Assembly: GCA_002269645.1 (NCBI GenBank)
Contig: NIVC01001456.1
Span: 222,228 to 286,227, forward strand
Length of the DNA: 64,000 nt
Source: Macrostomum lignano
Taxonomy: Eukaryota
Direction: 5' to 3'
Made by a program: the position numbers and the translations under genes. Below, piece by piece: positions 24,829 to 38,000 of the stretch. Numbering within the stretch: position 1 is the stretch's first letter; each line of letters begins with the position of its first letter. The notes under the pieces were generated by a model. It saw nothing but the letters and a program-made list of their open reading frames with translations, did no database searches and had not been told where the DNA came from.

Positions 24829-25410
24829 GTGTGTGTGTGTGTGTGTGTGTGTGTATTTTTTCTATTTTATATTTTCAGCGATTCCGGGACCCGATATGAC
24901 TCACTCAGTTCGTTTCCTTCTCCCATTCTCCCTCTCCCTTCTCCGGTCCTATCCTCCTCCCTCTCACTCCTCTCCTTCTAACTAACCCTCTCCCTCTCAC
25001 TCCTCTCCTTCTAACTAACCCTCTCCCTCTCACTCCTCTCCTTCTAACTAACCCTCTCCCTCTCACTCCTCTCCTTCTAACTAACCCTCTCCCTCTCACT
25101 CCTCTCCTTCTAACTAACCCTCTCCCTATTACCCCTCGCCCTCTCCCTCTCACTCCTCTTCTTCCCACCCCTCTCCCTCTCACTCCTCTCCCTCTAACTA
25201 ACCCCTCTCCCTCTCCCTCCTCTCCCTCTCACACCTCTCCCTCTCACACCTCTCCCTCTCACTCCTCTCCCTCTCACTCCTCTCCCTCTCACTCCTCTTC
25301 CTCACACTCTTCTCCCTCTAACTAACCCCTCTCCCTCCCACACCTCTCCCTCTCACTCCTCTCCCTCCCACACCTCTCCCTCTCACTCCTCTCTCTCCCA
25401 CCCCTCTTCC
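24829..25410. repeat. (GT)n at 24829-24854 followed by a TC-rich CTCTCCCTCTCACT satellite (24905-25410)
   Basis: Seen directly. Confidence 0.9.
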
Positions 25411-26127
25411 TATCTTTAAAATTCAACTCCTCATTAATCTGCCTGATTACACGTAGCCAGATGCACATTGCTTACTAAGCAAGTTGCTCCGACACACTGA
25501 GCTCTTCTAACCTGCTCTGCCGGCCGTTTCCCAATTCGATCGAAATTGCATTCAAATCCCAAATTCTCCTGTCAGACAAAAGACACACAGGCGCTTTTAA
25601 AACATTGCTCCAACTGCAGAGTGGGATTATTATCCCATCAACAAATCGGACAAGTCCAATGCACAGTCAGGCTTCTAAGAGGTGGGAAGAGGATCCTAAT
25701 GAATAATTCAAGAGCAGCACCTAGCGAGGAAACTCCATGATGTCTAACAAATGCTACTGCCTAATACCTGACACCTCCAGTCGTGGGAGGGAAGAGTTTC
25801 CTCACACCTTTACTGGGGATAACAGGGGATTCCCTCCTACAGTGTTTGAGCTTTATTATTCCCATTGTACCCTGCCGGCGTGGAGTACAAAGGATGGTGA
25901 GGAGCGGCGGCGAGATTGAGCTGAGACACAGGCATGGAGGAGACAATGGGGAAGCGGGCGGGAACAGTTTTGATGAGGCTTGCAGTTTCCAGTCAATTTA
26001 TTCAAGAGGCTCAGTTCTAGCAAACACAATACTGAAACTGAACAAGGGAGTTGGCAATTATTTGTCACGGAACTGGCAGCTCAGCAGTCTGCGCTTCTTG
26101 GCAATTTCCTGTAAACTGGCCCTGAGT

Positions 26128-27626
26128 AGAGGAATAGAATGGATTGCTAATCTAGCCAGCATCACTGATGAAGGAATAGAATGGATTGCTAATCTAGCCA
26201 GCATCACTGATGAAGGAATAGAATGGATTGTTAATCTAGCCAGCATCACTGATGAAGGAATAGAATGGATTGCTAATCTAGCCAGCATCACTGATGAAGG
26301 AATAGAATGGATTGTTAATCTAGCCAGCATCACTGATGAAGGAATAGAATGGATTGCTAATCTAGCCAGCATCACTGATGAAGGAATAGAATGGATTGTT
26401 AATCTAGCCAGCATCACTGATGAAGGAATAGAATGGATTGCTAATCTAGCCAGCATCACTGATGAAGGAATAGAATGGATTGTTAATCTAGCCAGCATCA
26501 CTGATGAAGGAATAGAATGGATTGCTAATCTAGCCAGCATCACTGATGAAGGAATAGAATGGATTGCTAATCTAGCCAGCATCACTGATGAAGGAATAGA
26601 ATGGATTGCTAATCTAGCCAGCATCACTGATGAAGGAATAGAATGGATTGCTAATTTAGCCAACATCACTGATGAAGGAATAGAATGGATTGCTAATCTA
26701 GCCAGCATCACTGATGAAGAAATAGAATGGATTGCTAATCTAGCCAACATCACTGATGAAGGAATAGAATGGATTGCTAATCTAGCCAACATCACTGATG
26801 AAGGAATAGTATGGATTGCTAATCTAGCCAGCATCACTGATGAAGGAACAGAATGGATTGCTAATCTAGCCAGCATCACTGATGAAGGAATAGAATGGAT
26901 TGCTAATTTAGCCAACATCACTGATGAAGGAATAGAATGGATTGCTAATCTAGCCAGCATCACTGATGAAGGAATAGAATGGATTGCTAATCTAGCCAGC
27001 ATCACTGATGAAGGAATAGAATGGATTGTTAATCTAGCCAGCATCACTGATGAAGGAATAGAATGGATTGCTAATCTAGCCAGCATCACTGATGAAGGAA
27101 TAGAATGGATTGCTAATTTAGCCAACATCACTGATGAAGGAATAGAATGGATTGCTAATCTAGCCAGCATCACTGATGAAGGAATAGAATGGATTGCTAA
27201 TCTATCCAGCATCACTGATGAAGGAATAGAATGGATTGCTAATCTAGCCAACATCACTGATGAAGGAATAGAATGGATTGCTAATCTAGCCAGCATCACT
27301 GATGAAGGAATAGTATGGATTGCTAATCTAGCCAGCATCACTGATGAAGGAATAGAATGGATTGCTAATCTAGCCAGCATCACTGATGAAGGAATAGAAT
27401 GGATTGCTAATCTAGCCAACATCACTGATGAAGGAATAGAATGGATTGCTAATCTAGCCGGCATCACTGATGAAGGAATAGAATGGATTGCTAATTTAGC
27501 CAACATCACTGATGAAGGAATAGATTGGATTGCTAATCTAGCCAGCATCACTGATGAAGGAATAGATTGGATTGCTAATCTAGCCAACATCACCGATGAA
27601 GGAATAGAATGGATTGCTAATCTAGC
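26128..27626. repeat. Homogeneous 42-bp minisatellite, about 35.6 copies
   Basis: Unit GAATGGATTGCTAATCTAGCCAGCATCACTGATGAAGGAATA, with no length variants seen. Confidence 0.97.
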
Positions 27627-28609
27627 AGATATTCCCCCCCCCAAACCGACTTCCAGGCCCCACGAAGATACCTGATGGACTCGAACCAGCTCCCTGCAGC
27701 AGAGCAGCACGGGTTGGGTGAGTGAATCGAGAATCGAGCTTTTCAGCCCGGAGTTCCGGACCACCCAGCCAAGCCACATCAGCGGATAAAAGCAGCAAAG
27801 CTATTTACTGGATTCTCTTGCACACTTACCTACGAAAGCAGAGGCGCAAAAAATCGCAGAACTTTCCCTAATGGGACTAACGATTCGGGGGAATTATCCC
27901 CAGAAGAGCGATGACAAAATTGATAGGCCAAGGAGAAAAGGTGTTTTTTTCTGGCTTCCAATTTTCCTCAGCCCGTCCGTGTCCAGTGCGGCGGGGCAGC
28001 CCATCAGTCATCTCATTTGGCTAATAAGTTATCGAGGCGCATCACGGATCCCCACCTGAGAGGCTGCGGGATAATCGGCATGGGATAAAAATCTTTACTT
28101 TTCTTTCTCCCACCTGTCTCCCCCCTACCGTTCCACCCCCCCCCCTCTCTCTCCTGGGATGACAGGAAAATACGCAAGTGTGTTAATATAATCCCTTACA
28201 AAAGAGGCTCGGAAGAAGAAGGCCATTTGTCACTTGCACCTTGACTGGCTGACGGGCCCTGCACCTCAAGGCACAATGAGGCAGATTGCCCAAGACCCAG
28301 ATAGTTACAGTGCACCTGAAACCGTATTGTTAATGTTAATAATATTATTATTGTTTGAAGATTAACATGAAAGCTTCGGGGATGCACAACCAATCGATTA
28401 ATCATCATCTTCGCGTCCACCTATCGTCGCTTCACGCCCCTCACTCACTGCCCCTCGCGCTCGTGCAGTATCAAAAGCCAAGGAAGCAGCCGCCCTCAGC
28501 CATCAATCAGAAAATTAGTAGCGAGTCAACTTCTCCACATTTTTATACTCGTAGATCATAAATACAGCATGGCTGAATATTTGTCTTAGTTGTGGGCCTC
28601 TCGTGACTG

Positions 28610-29845
28610 ACAATGAAAAGCGCCAACCTTAAAAGAAGCGTCAACCCTAGAAGAAGCGCCAACCCCAGAAGAAGCGCCAACCCCAGAAGAAGCGTCAACC
28701 CTAGAAGAAGCGCCAACCCCAGAAGAAGCGCCAACCCCAGAAGAAGCGCCAACCCCAGAAGAAGCGCCAACTCTAGAAGCGCCAACAACCAGAAGAAGCG
28801 TCAACCCTAGAAAAAGCGCTAACCCTAGAAGCGTCAACCCTAGAAGAAGCGCCAACCCTAGAAGCGTCAACTCTAGAAGCGCCAACCCTAGAAGCGTCAA
28901 CCCTAGAAGCGCCAACCCTAGAAGCGCCAACCCTAGAAGCGCCAACCCTAGAAGCGTCAAGCCTAGAAGAAGCGCCAACAACCAGAAGAAGCGTCAACCC
29001 TAGAAAAAGCGCCAACCCTAGAAGCGCCAACCCTAGAAGCGCCAACCCTAGAAGCGTCAAGCCTAGAAGAAACGCCAACCCCAGAAGAAACGCCAACCCT
29101 AGAAGAAACGCCAACCCTAGAAGAAACGCCAACCCCAGAAGAAGCGCCAACCCCAGAAGAAGCGCCAACCCCAGAAGAAACGCCAACCCTAGAAGAAGCG
29201 CCAACCCTAGAAGAAGCGCCAACCCCAGAAGAAGCGCCAACCCCAGAAGAAGCGTCAACCCTAGAAGAAGCGCCAACCCCAGAAGAAGCGCCAACCCCAG
29301 AAGAAGCGCCAACCCCAGAAGAAGCGCCAACTCTAGAAGCGCCAACAACCAGAAGAAGCGTCAACCCTAGAAAAAGCGCTAACCCTAGAAGCGTCAACCC
29401 TAGAAGAAGCGCCAACCCTAGAAGCGTCAACTCTAGAAGCGCCAACCCTAGAAGCGTCAACCCTAGAAGCGCCAACCCTAGAAGCGCCAACCCTAGAAGC
29501 GCCAACCCTAGAAGCGTCAAGCCTAGAAGAAGCGCCAACAACCAGAAGAAGCGTCAACCCTAGAAAAAGCGCCAACCCTAGAAGCGCCAACCCTAGAAGC
29601 GCCAACCCTAGAAGCGTCAAGCCTAGAAGAAACGCCAACCCCAGAAGAAACGCCAACCCTAGAAGAAACGCCAACCCTAGAAGAAACGCCAACCCCAGAA
29701 GAAGCGCCAACCCCAGAAGAAGCGCCAACCCCAGAAGAAGCGCCAACCCCAGAAGAAGCGCCAACCCCAGAAGAAGCGCCAACCCCAGAAGAAGCGCCAA
29801 CCCCAGAAAAAGCGCCAACCCCAAAAGAAGCGCCAACCCTAGAAA
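28610..29845. repeat. 15/18-bp AGAAG(AAG)CGCCAACCCY satellite with a 560-bp higher-order duplication
   Basis: Variant blocks recur at 28782/29342 and 28960/29520. Confidence 0.95.
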
Positions 29846-30519
29846 AGCTTGAAAGCCACTAGCTATGCAGAGTGTGCTCAAAAAGAGTGGTTGAGGGGGT
29901 GTGAAATTGAAAATAGCACAAGAGCTTCAGCAGAGAAAAAACGATGGACGGCAGCATGACGCACTGCATGCAGCAGTTTTCAAAATTTTCAATTGCTCTT
30001 TTGTTATAATTTTTCGCGCCCATTCAGTGTGAGCACGTTTCTGCAGCCTCTTCAGTTAGAGAGAGATGGGGAGAGGCGGGAGAGGAGCAGCTCAGCGATG
30101 AAAGTGGAATCCCTCCTTTGTCGACTGCACGAGAGTCTCCCAAGAAAAGGCCCTCGAGGCGGGGGGGGGGTTAATACTCCTGATTCCTCAACTGTAATTC
30201 CCACAGCTAAGCTCTTTTCAAATCCCCTTTTGTTGGTCGCTCGAACGCTCTCCAAAGGTGAGCACAGCGAGCCTCTCGTATTTCTCTTTTTCTAACCCCA
30301 GATGAAGATAAATTGCCTGCTCTCCGAGCAAAATCTCCCATGGGAAATTTCCCCGCGGGGCTTCGAGTCTCGGGATTCACAAAATCTGCTACCATACGAT
30401 TACCAGATTACTGGGAGAGGGGATCAAGGAGAGCAGCTGAAGCCTCTTGTGATAATGTTGGCATCTGCGACACAGATTTCACAATTCTTTGTGCGCACAA
30501 ACAAGCCAAGGAGTTCCAA

Positions 30520-30700
30520 GACCATAGAATCTGGAATGGAAACTGTTGCATGAGCAGCCATGGAGTTTTAAATTATAGATGACCATAGAATCTGGAATGG
30601 AAACTGTTGCATGAGCAGCCATGGACTTTTAAATGATAGATGACCATAGAATCTGGAATGGAAACTGTTGCATAAACAGCCATGGAGTTTTAAAGTATAG
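30520..30700. repeat. 61-bp tandem repeat x3
   Basis: GACCATAGAATCTGGAATGGAAACTG at 30520, 30581 and 30642. Confidence 0.9.
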
Positions 30701-32637
30701 AGCCATAAGAGCTTCATAAGATGAGCCAACTGAAGACTAGGATATGGAACCTGGAATCGCCAATAATCACTCCGCTTGGTTTTCCATTCCAGGCAGCTAC
30801 GACTTTATCTAGAAATCCATGACTGAGCAGATTGCGTGCTATCCGTAAATGCAACAGCGCAATATAAACTAAGAAACAAAACACGAGCCTATAGGATAAT
30901 CCTTCACGGATCCACTTCAAATCAAAGCCGCAACCACAGACAGGCCACAGATGGCCGCAAACTTCCCTTTCCTCCCAGATCCCCAAACTTATCTACCTAG
31001 CATGAATATAGCCATGGCTATTGGATGATGAAGAACGGGGGGTGGCGGGAGATTTAATCCCTAGCTGGATCTATCTCGTGGAAACGGTCGAGCCATTATC
31101 AAGTGGGAATCCGGTAAGGGATATTATATATAGGGAGATATCCGATAGCGGATCAAGGATGAGAGAGCTACTTTGTATTGCGTTTTCATGGAGTAGACGA
31201 ATAGAGCGAATGCACATCAAGTTCGGAGGGTTTGGAAAATATACGAGTCAGTGAAAGAGAATCAGAGAGAAAGAGAGAGAGAGAGTTCAACTGATAGTAT
31301 TAGGCATCTGCATGTCGAGCGAAAGACGAATTAACTCGAAAATGGGAGCTCGCAAAGATCGAATACTTGACTCGAGCGATTCGAGAGAATTAACGATATT
31401 AACCTTAATATAAGTGTTTTAGCTAAGGTTAGAAATTGCAACAATGAATTGGATTCTGGGTAATCCTGCATCCTTGAACAATATATGTCTGGGTGTTCTA
31501 AGATAGCTCCCACTGATTCTTTAATTTGTTTATGGTAGCGCTGACCGAACAATAACCAGAACCTTATATAATCCTGTTAGACTGCTTCAACCCACAGATT
31601 CGGATCCCAGAATATTCAGAGTGCAGCTTTAGCTAGGAGAGAGCAAAGATTAAGTTAAGTCCGAAGTCCGATTCTAGGGGGGGGGGGCAGAGCAGGGTCT
31701 GACCCACGCGCCTCGACCCCTGGTTTGATTCCCTACAAGGCCACATTCATTTGGTGCAGGTTAAGCAGCGTTGGCCATGGTTAGAACGCTGCCGAATAGC
31801 CTGACAAATGTATATACGCGGTCATATATACTCTCTATTTCATAAGCAGGTGTTCAGACAGGTTACAACACTTAATTAGGAGCCACTTTTTCTCTTTTCA
31901 GCGCTTAGACGTCGTAGCATACCCAGCTTTTTAATCATACGGATACAACTCAGGGTTCTTCTAGTGCCTAATTGGCTGTTAAGCTTGGCTCCTTCCACAG
32001 CAACCAGCCTAATTAAAGAGACATTTACACTCATTAATAGAAAGCAAAAAATCCGACTTTTAACGAAAGATCAAAGGTGCACTCAGGTGTGCCTATGATC
32101 TCAAAGAGGCAAGAAATTACACACGCTACTTTGCCACCTGCACCCCCGGCTCTGAAGAATGGCATGACTAGCATACGACTCCCTCATAGTGTTGGTATGC
32201 AAACGGATTCGCAAAGTTCTGTAGAATCCCAGTTTCATGACACAGGGGTTTTTTGATTTTTGCGAAATTCTACTAATTGGGCCCGCGCACTGAGCTGCTT
32301 GAGCGACTGTGCCGGCCCTCGATTCTACGAGCTAGATCAAGAAGAATGATTAAATCAGAACTCGCAGAGTACACACGGAATTCGAAAGCTTAAACATAAT
32401 TCTGTCAAATAATAGTAGTTTATAGAACAGAAGTATAGAGCAATCTAAATAGCTGAGTCACACACTTCACACATGCCTTCTCCTCCTGCTCATAATCTTC
32501 CCTATCCTTACTCAAATTTGCACATTAGTGCCAACTTTATTTAATATCTACGGTTAATATTATATCACCAATCTCACCATCGCACGCTTGAGTCTATAGA
32601 TAAAGAGTATAGGAAGGAAAAGGCCCATTATTTTATC

Positions 32638-32640
<3 letters not shown>

Positions 32641-32686
<46 letters not shown>
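32641..32686. repeat. (AG)n microsatellite
   Basis: Seen directly. Confidence 0.95.
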
Positions 32687-32688
<2 letters not shown>

Positions 32689-33540
32689 GGCTGTGGTTAT
32701 AGTGAGCATCTGCGGCCAAGGGATAAGCGGTATCGGAGAGCCCACACTGCAGGGTATCAGTTATCAAGTGACGATCAGTTAGTTATCGGTGAGCAGTTGA
32801 TTGCCCGCCCAGCCAGTGGGGCTAGCAAATAAATAGCGTATCAAGATTTAGAAACTCCCATGTCAGTGAAGCGGAATTCTCGGGTTCCACTGTATGCATA
32901 TCTACCCAAAGTAGCGAATTGTACACTTAGTAGCAAAAAACTCGTTTCAAACTCGCTCATTGCTACTTAAAATGTTCAAAAGTAGGCCTATTAGAGAGTC
33001 GTCAGTGAATTTTGATGGAAATCAAGATTTGGCATTGTCGTAAAGCAAGCAGTGACTGGTTGGCATGAATCGAGCATCTGCAATTTTGGGGCTTGTGCAC
33101 ACACACCAACGAAGTCCAAAATTACCTTCCCCCCCCCCCCCCCAAGGTACAGAGAATGTACATGTCTGACGAATAGGCCAGGGGCGCTGTACGCCATGGA
33201 TTTTATGGTGGGGGGGGGGACAAAGCCAAGAATTCTACATGAACATGTACATTTTTTTAGAATCGGTGTTGTCAGTGCTCATTTTGGAGCCGCAGGCTCC
33301 AAAAATCATCACGGGTCTACATTATACATTATACATATACGATTTACATTACGGGTCACAAGGTTTAGGTGAGGGAGACAATGCATGTCCCCCGGTGGCG
33401 ATGCCCCTGCGTGCAGTATACATGCTCAAGAGTCAACGGAATGGGTGCCTGCAGCCCACCTGCAAATATGGTCTACCTTACCTCGTTAACTGAGAATTAG
33501 AACCCGACTCATTTCAAGCCTCTAATGCCAATCATTGCAG

Positions 33541-34049
33541 AGTACTTTCCGTTCAAAACGCTGGATAGAAGAATCTACCTACGCGAGGAGCCTTCGCAAC
33601 AGCAGCATCTGATGCCAACGCCGCAGATGATGACAGGCGACAGCGGAGTCTACGGCGGCGGCGGCGGCGGAGCAGTCGGGATCAACCACCGGCACTACCA
33701 GAGCCTGTACCACAGCCAGCGCCCCGACCCTCGCCGACAGCAGCAGGATCATCCCCTATTATCGCCGGCATTCGATCGGCCAACAACGGGTTTAATGATC
33801 GACTCGCAGGGGCAGAGGCGCTCCCTGCACAAGTCCGAGTCCGACTTGATGCAGCAGCAAGAGCAGCAGCAGTCATACGAGAACTGCTTCGACGGGCAGC
33901 AGCAAAATCCGCAACAGCAGCTGAGGCAGCAACGCCGCAGGCAGAGTACGAGAACTCTGCGCGTCGGCATCGACAGTCAGGACGCTGCCATGACGATGCA
34001 GAACAGCAATGGAAAGCCTTTCCCAGCTGTGCAGGCCAGCTTTGTGTAA
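33541..34049 (+). CDS. Probable terminal cytoplasmic exon of the protocadherin (Q-rich, ends ...PFPAVQASFV*)
   Basis: GC-rich exon-like ORF on the same strand with no signal peptide or own domain. Acceptor is ATTGCAG at 33540 (phase 1) or TTCAAG at 33518 (phase 0). Linkage to exon 3 across the 12-kb repeat-filled interval is inferred. Confidence 0.55.
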
Positions 34050-35074
34050 TGCACACGCACATAAACATAAACAGCTTAATGTATGCATAGTCATTGGCGC
34101 CACAAACTATGTGTAGCTTTTGTAATGCTAACTTGAAAGACGGACATGTCTAATTACTAGGCTGGCTTGTCCTCTCAGTCGGAAACTTGCGTGTTGTCTC
34201 TGGCATAACCTGTCTTTGTTATTTTAGGCTTTCAAATTTGGGTGTCCGTTGTAGGCATGTGCATATTAAAGGGTCATTTAAACTAGGTCAGGGACACTGG
34301 TCGAGGATGTCCACCAGTTGAGACTTGTCCATGACTGTTAAGGCTTGATCAAGTGTCCATGGTGCCACCTGCTGAAGGTCCAGAAACTCCACCAGAGTGA
34401 AGGCCAAGGCGACCAACAAAGTCAGAGCTGATGCAGACACATGTGCTCGACGCGCAGATGAAATTTGGAGGCTGCGCTGAGCAAGGTTGCGCTGAGGCGC
34501 AGTGCTGATTGGCGATCCGACCTTCTTGCAGAATCGTTGAATATCTTGCCGATCCAGAGAGCTGGCGACTTAAATCTTAGTATGAGAAGGCGTGCAACAA
34601 CAAGTTTCTTGAATTTCCTGTGCCTGCGTTGCTCCGTTCCGGCGCAGCAAGAAAAATTCAGGGAATCCCCGCTGGTGGCTAATTATGAGATTAACGGAAG
34701 TTTAAAATACTTTGCTATTTGACAGACTGAGCCTTCAAATGTTTTGTAAGAAACTAGCAGTAGCCCCTCTTGAGTGAAGAGTCCTTAAATATCATTACTT
34801 GTTATAAACCAACATAATACAAAACGATTGCTGACTTAATAATGCATATATAAAAATTGTGCAGGAAATTATAATTAGTTTAATCACCACCGCTTATCAT
34901 TTTGATATATGTATATAGGAGTAAGGAGTTGTTTTGGCATAAAAATACACTGACAGCTTTGACTGCTACAATTCTGCTTCAGAATGCCACTGTGAAATTG
35001 TCTTATCCAAGTTTGACGCAGATAATTACAGAACAAAGACCAACACACAGTAAATGCTCTAAAAGATACCCTAA

Positions 35075-38000
35075 TCACATTTTTGATTGCTGCTGGGCGG
35101 CGGTCTGCCACTTGCACATGAGCTGGTCGATATTCTTCTTTTGAAACACGCTGACTGGCTTCGATTTCTGCAACAAATTTAAAGTGAAAAATATTTAACT
35201 TTCTTGACTTGAATGATTTGTCACTCTGCTCTGTTAGAATCTAAACATCCAAGCTCACACTGATCCACCAGAGTGACAATGCCAAAGTCACGCCCAACCA
35301 CCAGAGTGACAATGCCAAAGTCACGCCCAACCACCAGAGTGACAATGCCAAAGTCACGCCCAACCACCAGAGTGACAATGCCAAAGTCACGCCCAACCAC
35401 CAGAGTGACAATGCCAAAGTCACGCCCAACCACCAGAGTGACAATGCCAAAGTCACACACAACCACCAGAGTGACAATACCAAGTCAAACCTATCAACCA
35501 GAGTGACAATGTTAAAGTCACACTCAAACACCAGAGTGACAATGCCAAAGTCACACCCAAAAACCAGAGTGACAATGCCAAAGTCACACCCAAAAACCAG
35601 AGTGACAATGCCAAAGTCACGCCCAACCACCAGAGTGACAATGCCAAAGTCACGCCCAACCACCAGAGTGACAATGCCAGTCACACACAACCACCAGAGT
35701 GACAATACCAAGTCAAACCTATCCACCAGAGTGACAATGTTAAAGTCACTCCCAAACACCAGAGTGACAATGTCAAAGTCACACTCAAACACCAGAGTGA
35801 CAATGCCAAAGTCACACCCAAACACCAGAGTGACAATGCCAAAGTCACACCCAAACACCAGAGTGACAATACTAAAGTCACACCCATCCAACAGTGACAA
35901 ATGATAAAGTCACACCCAACCATCAGAGTGACAATACCAAAGTCAAACACAACCACCAGAGTGACAATACCAAAGTCACACACAACCACCAGAGTGACAA
36001 TACCAAGTCAAACCTATCCACCAGAGTGACAATGTTAAAGTCACTCCCAAACACCAGAGTGACAATGTCAAAGTCACACTCAAACACCAGAGTGACAATG
36101 CCAAAGTCACACCCAAACACCAGAGTGACAATACTAAAGTCACACCCATCCAACAGTGACAAATGATAAAGTCACACCCAACCATCAGAGTGACAATACC
36201 AAAGTCAAACACAACCACCAGAGTGACAATACCAAAGTCAAACACAACCACCAGAGTGACAATGCCAAAGTCACACCCAACTGAGCTCTATCTCACCTTC
36301 CGCTTGACCGGCTGGCCACCAGGCGGTTCAACGTCCACCCAACGCGACGAGGCCGGATGCGCGCCGGCAGTCCCGGACGATCCCGACGTTGTCGCCGCGA
36401 ACAACATCGGGCTGCCGTCAAGATCGTCAGAGTCCTCAGCGTCAGCGGTGACCGCTTCGCAGGCAGCATCGTTAGAATCTTCATCGGCAGCTGTAGCGGC
36501 GGCGGCGGCCAACGCGCTGTCGGTGTCGTAGGGTCGAACAGCGACCGACATATGCGAGGAGGCGAACGAGGCGGAGTTCGTTGACGAGGTGGTCGATCGA
36601 CTTGCCGACGAAGACGAACGCAGCACCACGGGCGGCGGCGGTGGTGGCGGCGGCGGCGGAGGCAGCGGCGGGAGGCCCGGCAGGGAGGGTCGCGGAGGAC
36701 GCGGAGGCGGCGGCAACGGCAAGCCGGCCTCGTCGCCGGAGTCCAACTCCATGCTGTCGTCGACAACTGCCGGGCCGAGGGCGGATTGGAGGGCGGAAGC
36801 CGGCGGAGTAGCGGCAGATGCGGACTTGCCGCTGGCAGCAGCTGTTTTAACATCATCTTTGGCGGTGTCGCCGGCGCTGTCAGAATCGGAGCTGTCACTG
36901 TCCCGACCGTGATCGTAGCTGACCAGCCGCACTACATTGCCACCGCTGTCGCTCGGATCTTTATTGACGCCCTGGTCTGCAGCGTCAGCCGCCGCAGCTT
37001 CCGGCGCGGCCGCGGGCTGGCCGGGGAATTCCCACTGGGCCTCGCCAGTGCGGACGCTCTGATAATAATAGGCGGCATTGGCCGGGTCCCACAGGCACAG
37101 CCAGCCGGCTGGGCAGTCGGCCTGCACCCGACGCTGGCAGGCTTCGGCAGCCTGGGCGACGCGAGATTCGTAGTGTGCGACGCTGATCGCACCGTCTTCG
37201 AGATCGCGTAGGCGAGCGCGAGCTTCAATGGCGGCGATGAGGAGAGGCGAAGCCTGGTCTGGATCGTGGCCGAAGTAGCTGGACTGGGCGGCCAGGGTGG
37301 CGGCCGACTGCCTGCAGCTGGTGAGCCGGTCGATGTCCAGCAGCTGCGGTCGAATGGCCTGAAAGTTGGGCGGCAGAGCCGGCCCGATCACTGCCGGACT
37401 CGCTGCCGCTGCCGGCTTCGTCTGCGACGGGGGCGGCGGCCGAACCGACGAAGGTGGCAGAGGCGGTGGCGGAGGCTGCTGCTGCTGTAGCGGCTTTTCC
37501 GTTGACCGCTCCCGCCGGTCACGGCTGCAGTGCATGGAAAGGAGATTTAATTTGTTGCTGTTTGTACTTTTTGGTAGTGGCCCAGCAACTGAGGAACTGG
37601 GAGGCTGGTCCAGCAACTGAGGATCTGGGAGGCTGGCCCAGCAACTGAGGATCTGGGAGGCTGGCCCAGCAACTGAGGAACTGGGAGGCTGGCCCAGCAA
37701 CTGAGGATCTGGGAGGCTGGCCCAGCAACTGAGGATCTGGGAGGCTGGCCCAGCAACTGAGGATCTGGGAGGCTGGCTCAGCAACTGAGGATCTGGGAGG
37801 CTGGGCCCAGCAACTGAGGATCTGGGAAGCTGGCCCAGCAACGGAGAATCTGGGAGGCTGCATGGCCCAACAACTGAGAATCTGGGAGGCTGGCCCAGCA
37901 ACTGAGGATCTGGGAGGCTGGCCCAGCAACTGAGGATCTGGGAGGCTGGCCCAGCAACTGAGGATCTGGGAGGCTGGCCCAGCAACTGAGGATCTGGGAG

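Noticed and set aside
23900-25800. ORFs of 60-208 aa in the large protocadherin intron (also 27871-33493)
   Set aside because: No domains, no consistent splice sites and no exon-like codon usage; no nested gene can be supported.
33179-33409. CAGGGGCG...TGCCCCTG MITE-like segment
   Set aside because: Only a short TIR and no TSD, so I did not list it as a feature.
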